64,000 nt of DNA. It comes from Eledone cirrhosa. Lineage: Eukaryota. A model generated the notes under the pieces. The model was given only the letters and a program-made list of their open reading frames with translations. It was not told where the DNA came from and made no database searches. Location: NCBI GenBank assembly GCA_964016885.1, contig OZ024743.1:64294001-64358000 (forward strand), read 5' to 3'. This document shows positions 53,113 through 64,000 of this stretch, piece after piece. Position 1 is the stretch's first letter. Each line of letters begins with the position of its first letter. A program made the translations under genes and the position numbers.

Positions 53113-55881
53113 CACACATACATACATATACACACATACATACAAATACCTCTCACTTAATTTACACACACATCGGCCTTACACTTTCATACACACATAC
53201 ATACATATACACACATACATAAAAATACCTGTCACTTAATTTACACACACATCGGCCTTACACTTTCAAACTAAATTTTTCTGTAGAAGTAACTTTAACC
53301 CTTTCTTTTTGACATAAAAATACACACATACATACAAATACCTGTAAATTTTTTTGTGGGGCCTTTCTTATCAATCTTTTTACATTCAATTATCAGCCTT
53401 ATACTTTCAAAGTTAATTTTTATGTTGAAGTAACTTTCACCCTTTATTTTTCGATACCCATTTACTTACTAACATTTGTATCACAACAACAATAACAATA
53501 TTCATAAACAGACAGTAGACTTTCAAAGTCAATTTTTATGTAGAAGTAACTTTCACCCTTTCTTTTGGACATAAAATGCCACCTAAAAAGAGAAGTCGCC
53601 CCAGTCGACATACCGCGTCAGCAATGGCGCAAAAGGCTACTATAGCAAACGAGTCCTCTGAGGAAAATGCTTCAAGACTTTCACAGACAGCCTTACGTTC
53701 ATCAGAATGTCGAGCCGCTGAAAGTTTCCAACAGCGCACCGCACGCCTAGCCAAAATGGCTTCATACCAGGCTTCTTCCAGGGCTTCAGAGAGCCGTGAA
53801 CAAAGGTCGAAGCGCCTGCCTAGAAACGATGCGACTAATGCTGCTTCCAGGTCTTTGGAACGTTTAAAACAACGGACGGCTCGCCTTCCTACGAACGCTG
53901 CGGCTACGACTACTTCCATGGCTTCTGAAGATGCAGACGGGCGGTCCATTAGCATTGCAAATGTTGCTTCTGCTATTGCTGCCAGACCTTCCCACCAACC
54001 ACACGACCAATGTTCTACGTTAAAGCGTAACAGTCGACGGCGAGAAGCTGCACGCGGTGTGACGAGCCCCAACAGCCCTTACTGGCACCTACGGGCTTTC
54101 AAGTATGAGCAAAACGTTAATTACTCGATGCGCTCTGACATAAATATAGGCGAGATGCGCTTCAATTGCCAATTCTGCAATGCTACAAAGTGGGCTGGGG
54201 AGCCACCTGCAATGTGCTGCCAAAATGGTAAGGTCACCTTTCCCACTCTTACGGAACCGCCAGACCCTTTGAAGGAACTACTGACTGGTTATACCTCAAG
54301 GTCAAAAAAAAACCCCTGATCCCCCCCAATAAAAAACGCTCCTGGGGGTACCGGAAAAACTTTTGTAACGAATTTGATTCTCGCTAAGATTCGTCAGGAG
54401 AAAAAAGTTGCGTTGTCCGTTGCATCGTCCGGGATCGCTGCTACTTTGCTGCCGGGAAGCAGGACAGCACATTCAACCTTTAAACTCCCTTTGGATTTAG
54501 TAAAAACTGAGACACCAACATGCAATATCAGCAAGAGTTCACACAAAGCTCTGGTTCTCAAAAGATGTTGCCTCATTGTTTGGGATGAGTGCACAATGGC
54601 ACACAAGGGTGCCCTTGAGGCATTGGACAAGGCCCGGAAAGACATTAGGGATTCTACGGCTCCTATGGGTGGCGTAACCCTTCTGCTATCAGGGGATTTT
54701 CGGAAAACGCTGCCTGTCATCCCCAAATGGACAAGAGCTGATGAAGTGCGTGCCTGTCTTAAGTCGTCCATGTTGTGGCTCCAGGTGAATAGTTTGTACC
54801 TGAGCACAAATATGCGTGCTCATTTGCATGGTGACAACATGTCTGCAGCACAGAACATTTTAGCACTTGGTGAGGGCAAGATCCCTGCGGATGACAAGGG
54901 CGGCATAGCAATCGACACCCTGGGAAGCAGTTTTTCCTAATGTCTCATCTAACTTTAAAAACCTCGATTGGCTCAGCGAAAGAGCCATCCTTGCTCCGAA
55001 AAATACCATGGTTAATTTTATTAACGAGCAGCTGATTGAGAAGATTCCCGGTAAAGAGCACATCTTCAAATCAGACCCCGACGATATCGTTAATTATCCG
55101 GTTGAGTTATTAAATCTCCTTGAGCCCCCAGGGCTCCCACCTCACATTATTAAGCTTAGGGTTGGCTGTCCCATTATGCTAATAAGGAACTTGCGTCCAC
55201 CAAAGCAGTGCAACGGTACTCGCATGGTCGTCAAGTCACTGACACCCACTTGATTGACGCCACCATTGTAACGGGGTGCGGAAGAGGGGAGAATGTTTTC
55301 ATTCCAAGGATGAACCTTTTCCCCTCGGCGTCAGATATCCCGTTCGATTTCCGGCGATCCCAATTCCCTGTGAGACCATGTTTTGCCATGTCCATTAACA
55401 AGTCACAAGGGCAAACATTGTCGGTGGCGGGCATCCATTTAGGGGAGCCATGCTTCTCCCATGGCCAACTTTATGTTGCCTGTTCCCGCGCAGGGAGCAG
55501 GAATGAACTTTTTGCTTACTCTCCTCAAGGGATGACACGCAATATCGTCTACAAAGAGGTTCTATAGATGTTGGTGCAGGTGTTGGAGCTATGCCGTCTG
55601 GAACACTATTTCCTGGTAGGGTATCCCATGGCGGACAGATCTGACACCCAGCGGCATCAGGGCCACCATCTTGCAACTTTGGTCTACTAAATTCGCTATT
55701 GGAAGATTATTAACCCATCATTGATTGACTAAAATGCTAATTGGTTCGTAACTTTTAATAACCGGTTCAGCTGCTTTATGCACTTAATTGATAAGCTTAT
55801 TCGCTTTCAAACCACGTTTACCTGTATGTAACTTTTCATAGCAAATGAACAAACCCGAGCAACGCCGGGCTAAACTGCTAG
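52273..55881 (+). mobile_element. Helitron, internally deleted
   Basis: Probable 5' A|TC at 52273; 3' CCCGAGCAACGCCGGG hairpin followed by CTAG|T at 55878-55882; RepHel remnants inside. Confidence 0.85.
53576..55567 (+). pseudogene. Helitron RepHel remnant: N-terminal zinc finger joined to a Pif1-family helicase
   Basis: CQFC..MCCQNGKV, then APGGTGKT (Walker A), IVWDEC, GDFRKTLPV, FAMSINKSQGQT, HGQLYVACSR; frameshifts; no HUH/Y2 Rep motifs. Confidence 0.9.
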
Positions 55882-55933
55882 TATATATATATATATATAT
55901 TAACAGACAGAGGATTTGCTTCGAAGTCACTAG

Positions 55934-56026
55934 ACGTATCTGAGGAACTTGCGAATCCAGAGTCAGGTTCGATCCACAAATAGATCGGACCTCGAGCTGT
56001 TCGCCGGAGAAACATTTGTAACACGT
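55934..56026 (+). ncRNA. Hammerhead motif with long stem II (family L)
   Basis: ACGTAT-CTGAGGA-ACTTGCGAA...TTCGCCGGA-GAA-ACATTTGT-A-ACACGT. Confidence 0.7.
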
Positions 56027-56282
56027 AATAAATTTGTGTTCCGATGCATCACTGATTCTTCGTTTTCCATATTATTTTACTCTGCTCCAAAGGAGCATGG
56101 AGTGCTCAACCGGTATACCGCCTATGGACGCATCCAAGTAACATTATTACAAATATATATATATATGTATATAAACATACATACATACATATGTATACAT
56201 ACAAACACACACAACTTCGTACTTACATGCACACACAGTCTTTTACTCACATATACACGCACATTTCTTCTTAGCTTCGTAC

Positions 56283-56346
<64 letters not shown>

Positions 56347-56572
56347 TTACGCGCGTCCACAAGTATAGCTCTTTTTACAAAACGGTTTTTTTCCATTTCA
56401 GGTAGATGCGCTCTTTCATCCACTTTTCTAAAAAATAAATCATACATAAAACGCCAGCACCAACAATTTTGCAAGAGATGTCAACATGAATGGACCTGTT
56501 ATTTTTATCTAAAGACATTTTTTTCCAATTCCAACCGGCCCGTCCCCTCAATCTATCTTATTTCTCATTCTT

Positions 56573-56608
56573 TCTTCTGACGAAGGACTAGCGTCCGAAA
56601 CGTTAAGA
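56573..56608 (+). ncRNA. Minimal PLE-type hammerhead motif
   Basis: TCTT-CTGACGA-A-GGAC(TAGC)GTCC-GAA-ACGT-T-AAGA; downstream tail shared with ~50195-50278. Confidence 0.85.
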
Positions 56609-56719
56609 CCCTTTTCCGGCTATATCAAGCGTAAACCTAATATATCCCTTCCATATACTGTACCGATTGTGTTGTTATTTCTGTTTACCTTTTACATACA
56701 TATATATACAGTATATATA

Positions 56720-57684
<965 letters not shown>

Positions 57685-57954
57685 CTCACACTCACAACGA
57701 AGTAACACACTAACACCATTAAAGTTTCGAGATGGTATACTTACTTCTCACTCTCTCTCTCTCTCTTTCTCTCACTTTCTTCTTCTCACCCCTCTTCCAT
57801 CTCTACCCTACCCATGGCCCTACGCGCTGCTGTTTTTCACAGAGGTTAATGAATCAACACGGAAAGGTCACTAACTTACGCTTGGCACTCTAATTCACGT
57901 TATCTGTGAAACTAGAAGATAAACAGATTTGTGTGTAGGATCTCCATACACTAC

Positions 57955-58360
57955 TGTTGGTGGTGGTGGTGGTGGTGTTGGTGGTGTTGTTGTTGTTGGT
58001 GGTGGTGGTGGTGGTGGTGACGGTGGTGGTGCTGGTGGTAGTGGTGGTGGTAGTGGTGGTGATGGTGGTGGTGGTGGGGTGTGGTGGTGTTGGTGGTGTT
58101 GTTGTTGTTGGTGGTGGTGGTGTTGGTGGTGTTGTTGTTGGTGGTGGTGGGTTGTGGTGGTGGTGGTGGTGGTGGTGGTGGTGGTGGGTTGTGGTGGTGG
58201 TAGTGGTGGTGATGGTGCTGGTGGTGGTGGTGGTGACTGTGGTGGTGTTGGTGGTGGTGGTGGTGGTGATGGTGGTGGTGACGGTGGTGGTGGTGGTGGT
58301 GACGGTGGTGGTGGTGATGGTGGTGGTGGTGATGGTGATGGTGATGGTAATGGTGGTTGT
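57955..58360. repeat. (GGT)n tract
   Basis: Trinucleotide run. Confidence 0.9.
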
Positions 58361-58653
58361 CTTTGTGTGTGGGTGTTTTGTGTATGTCTGGTGTTTGTGT
58401 GTGTGTGGGAGTACATTGAGGTGTAAGTATGTGTGCATGTTTGTGTGCACGAATGTGTGTGTGTAGATTCGGTTGTGTTTTATGTTAGTCTAGACGTATG
58501 TGTGTATGTCGGTGTGTTTGGTAAAACGGGGGTGTTATGTATGTGTGTGTATCTTTGTGTGCGGGGGCGTTTGTTTGTGTGTTTATATATAGGTTTGTGT
58601 GTGTGTGTATACATATGCATATGCTAGTCCTGTAGAACCTTTTCTATGTTAAA

Positions 58654-58707
<54 letters not shown>

Positions 58708-58710
58708 CAT

Positions 58711-59861
58711 TTTTTTTTCTATTCTAGGGCGGGTAAAATTCCCGAGTTCTCTCCAGCGGTCTCTGTCCCTCATTATCGCTGCCATGTCCTGCATCTCCAA
58801 CAGACCAGTGTCTGTTCTTAGGGCATCAACATACGTTAACCTTGGTCTTCCTCTTCCAGTGTGTCCATGTAGGGGCTCCCACAGGAGCACTGAGTGCAAT
58901 GTCAACTCTGGATGTCGGTGAGCATATCCAGCTAACCTCAGTCTCCTCTGTATCACTTTTGAGTTGACTTTTGGGAGGCTCCCATACAGCTCTGAGTTTT
59001 TCATCCTCAGTGTATACTGATTAATGTTCAGAGACATCCTCAGCATTCTCGTGTAGCACCCATCCACCATCTGAGTGAGTTTCTTGGTCAGTGTCCAAGT
59101 CTCAAATCCGTACAGCAGCACAGACTCCACTACAGTAATGAAGAGGCGGATTTTCAAGTCTTTACGAAAGTCCGACTTCCACACCGATCTCAAGCTGTGG
59201 CACGCCTCCCAGGCTTTGCTCTTCCTCTCAACCACATCATCTTCCGTATTCCCAATCTTTGCTCCCAAATACAGGCAGTCCTCAACCAATTCTAGCGGCT
59301 TCCCGCCTACATTAGTAATCCCCTCTGGCTTCTCAACATTCTCTACCAGATATTTTGTTTTAGTCTCATTCATTCTCAGCCCCACACTCATCGACACAGT
59401 CTCAACCTCCTGCATCAAATTCTCTGCCTCCTTCACTGTATTTGTCACCAAAACTATGTCGTCGGCAAATTCAGCCTCTGATACCTTTTTCGCCTTAACT
59501 CTCCTGCTCTGAGCCGGTGCTACAGTAAAGTCAGAGTCCTGGTGTTTCTCCAGTGCAAGGCGCATACAATAGTCCACTACGATGATAAAAAGGTAGGGAG
59601 CCAATGTATCTCCCTGGAGCACTCCAGCCAGTATCTCAAAGAACTCTTTCATCCCATCAGGTGTAATGACTTGGGCTTTGGTGTTGGTGTAGAGCAGTGA
59701 TATCAGGTCCACTATCTTCTTGAGGATTCCATAAGCCTGTAAGATCTTCATCAGGCAGTGACGGTCCACAGAATCAAAGGCCTTCCTAAAGTCAATGAAA
59801 ACCATGACCGCAGGAAGGCACTTTGCTCTAGCTCCCTCTAATATCCTCCTCAGCATCAGGA

Positions 59862-59864
<3 letters not shown>
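58711..59864 (-). mobile_element. RTE-clade LINE, 3' half (RT core to A-rich tail)
   Basis: ILMLRRILEG..FIDFRKAFDSV..GVLQGDTLAPYLF..FADD..YLG..GRGRP; tail AGAATAG(A)n. Confidence 0.92.
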
Positions 59865-62118
<2,254 letters not shown>

Positions 62119-62123
62119 ACACG

Positions 62124-62202
<79 letters not shown>

Positions 62203-62646
62203 GTATGTGCTTGTATGTAAATGCCTGCTTAATGAAGAGGTAACTGTGTACGTATGTTTGTACATTGGTTTCCACGTATTTTTACTGAAGAGGATGTTGA
62301 GGGTTACACGTACGTGTGGGGGTGTATGTTTGAATGTACATATGTATGTGTGTGTATGTCTGTGTATGTGTGTGTGCATATATATTTGTGTATATGTGTG
62401 TATTTGTGTGTAGGTGTGTTTGTATTTGTGTCTGTATATATGTGTATTTGTGTGTGTGTGTCTGTGTGTGCGTGTATGTCTTTTAGATATAAACGCTTAG
62501 GGTTTGTGTGAATATGTCTGTGTGTGTGTGTGTGTATGCGTATGTTTTTGTGTGTAGAATCACATGTGTTTCTTTTATTTGGAAACGGTTTGATGGTGTG
62601 TATGTATGTACGTATGTACGTATGTACCTATGTATGTATGTATGTC

Positions 62647-63247
62647 AGGTCACCAGTTGGTGCTACTGGTAACATGTATCCCAGTACAACCTGTCTCATG
62701 GTCGTGTCGTTGTCGACTAAACTGGCAACCCCACCAAGGTTTCTTGGTGAGGAGTGTGACTTTGGACATCCTGCAGGACTAAAAACAAAACCTGTCAAAA
62801 GGCAAAGGAGCTCTTAAGAGTGAATGGCCATCCAAAATAACAGGGAGAGATGACCCCTTAGCTTTTGTCAAGGCAGAATTCTAGGAGAAACTCTGATATA
62901 ACACCTGCAACTCTGATGGTATCCAATGATGTTGACTTGTTCTTCTTTTTGGTAAATATCATCTTGGTTAAGAGAGTGGGACTGGCTTTGTGCAGTGCCT
63001 TTGCTCACTATAAAAGCTTCACGGCATAGGCATTGCTTTATATCTGGAGATCTCTCTGCACTTGTCGTCACATGGTACCATGGGCCCAGCACTATGTGTC
63101 AATAATTGTCACAAGTGTAGTGTTTGTACCAGAGTTTTCAAGTCGCTGGCTGGACTAAAAAGTCACACTCGATCAGCGCATCGGTAGGGGTTCTCCTACA
63201 TGGATATAAAGTAGTGGCCGTACTCGAAAACGAGTTGGCAGCCACCA
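62647..63247 (+). mobile_element. ~600-bp non-autonomous RTE-derived element (copy 3)
   Basis: Homologous to 28900-29506; (TATG)n flanks. Confidence 0.75.
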
Positions 63248-63325
63248 TGTATGTACGTATGTACGTATGTACGTATGTACGTATGTACGTATGTATGGTA
63301 TGTATGTATGTACGTATGTATGTAT

Positions 63326-64000
63326 GTTCTTCTGGTTTTATAATTTCACAAATTTTTTCCACTAGAGAGAGAGAGTCGGTTTCTAACATAGACACAAGAC
63401 TCTCTCATTGGTATTTACACAACATCAACTAGGTAGATTATGTATGCATGCATGCATGTGTAGATATGGGTGTTATTGTATGTGTATGTTTTGAGTTGTA
63501 TGTGTATATGCTTTGCATCTGTACATATGTATATGCAGTTATTAGATGCAACATTTTTGGAATGTTTCACATATTGTTACTGTTCCATTAATGGATTGTA
63601 CTTGTAATTTTCTAACTATTTGTATTCTTTCTGTTCCTGTGAAGCCTAGCTTCTCAAGATTTGTATTGAGGCAGTTACTAATATACTCCAGTGCCCCCAA
63701 TAATCACAGGCATAAATCTGAAGGTGTAATCAGGGTAGAGTATCTGTAGATTTCTCATCAGTTCTACATAAATATTCCCTTTTTAGCTAATCTTTGATAT
63801 TATATTGGCATCTGCTGGGCAGCTAATTTCCACTACTCTGCATGCTTTCTTCTTCCTGTCCCATATCATAATATCTGGTCTGTTATGCCTGCATTTTATT
63901 GGGGATTTTACTGGAACATTCCACCAGTACTCTTTCATATTATGCACGTGGATGTCTTCCACATTGCTGTAGCTTTTAATGTGTTTATTATCGGGGCTAT
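63326..64000 (-). mobile_element. R4/Dong-like element 3' end (copy E), runs off the window
   Basis: Reverse complement of the RLE region and 3' UTR of copy A. Confidence 0.9.

Noticed and set aside
54374-55567. Host PIF1 gene
   Set aside because: Intronless, frameshifted and enclosed by Helitron termini.

Overview
Eukaryotic (animal) repeat-saturated genomic DNA. The SINE and LINE complement and the extreme (TA)n/(TG)n/(CATA)n load resemble a coleoid cephalopod such as Octopus; this is inference, not checked. I found no host exon I can support, and most ORFs in the track are microsatellite artefacts. The window is a mosaic of: four RTE-clade LINE pieces, one full-length with a twin-priming-type 5' inversion; five copies of an R4/Dong-like RLE retrotransposon in (CATA)n tracts; three copies of a ~600-bp RTE-derived non-autonomous element; an L1/Tx1-like 3' end; an internally deleted Helitron plus two non-autonomous Helitrons; a rearranged mariner; tRNA-derived SINEs; and a ~5-kb 59-bp satellite with two unit types and higher-order repeats, next to a 200-N gap. 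The main signal is 18 hand-folded type I hammerhead ribozyme (HHR) motifs from about a dozen sequence families. They lie in short islands between (TA)n tracts, often as fold-back palindromes, and two follow GIY-YIG endonuclease remnants, consistent with Penelope-like element (PLE) termini. All folds were done by eye and catalytic activity is untested.
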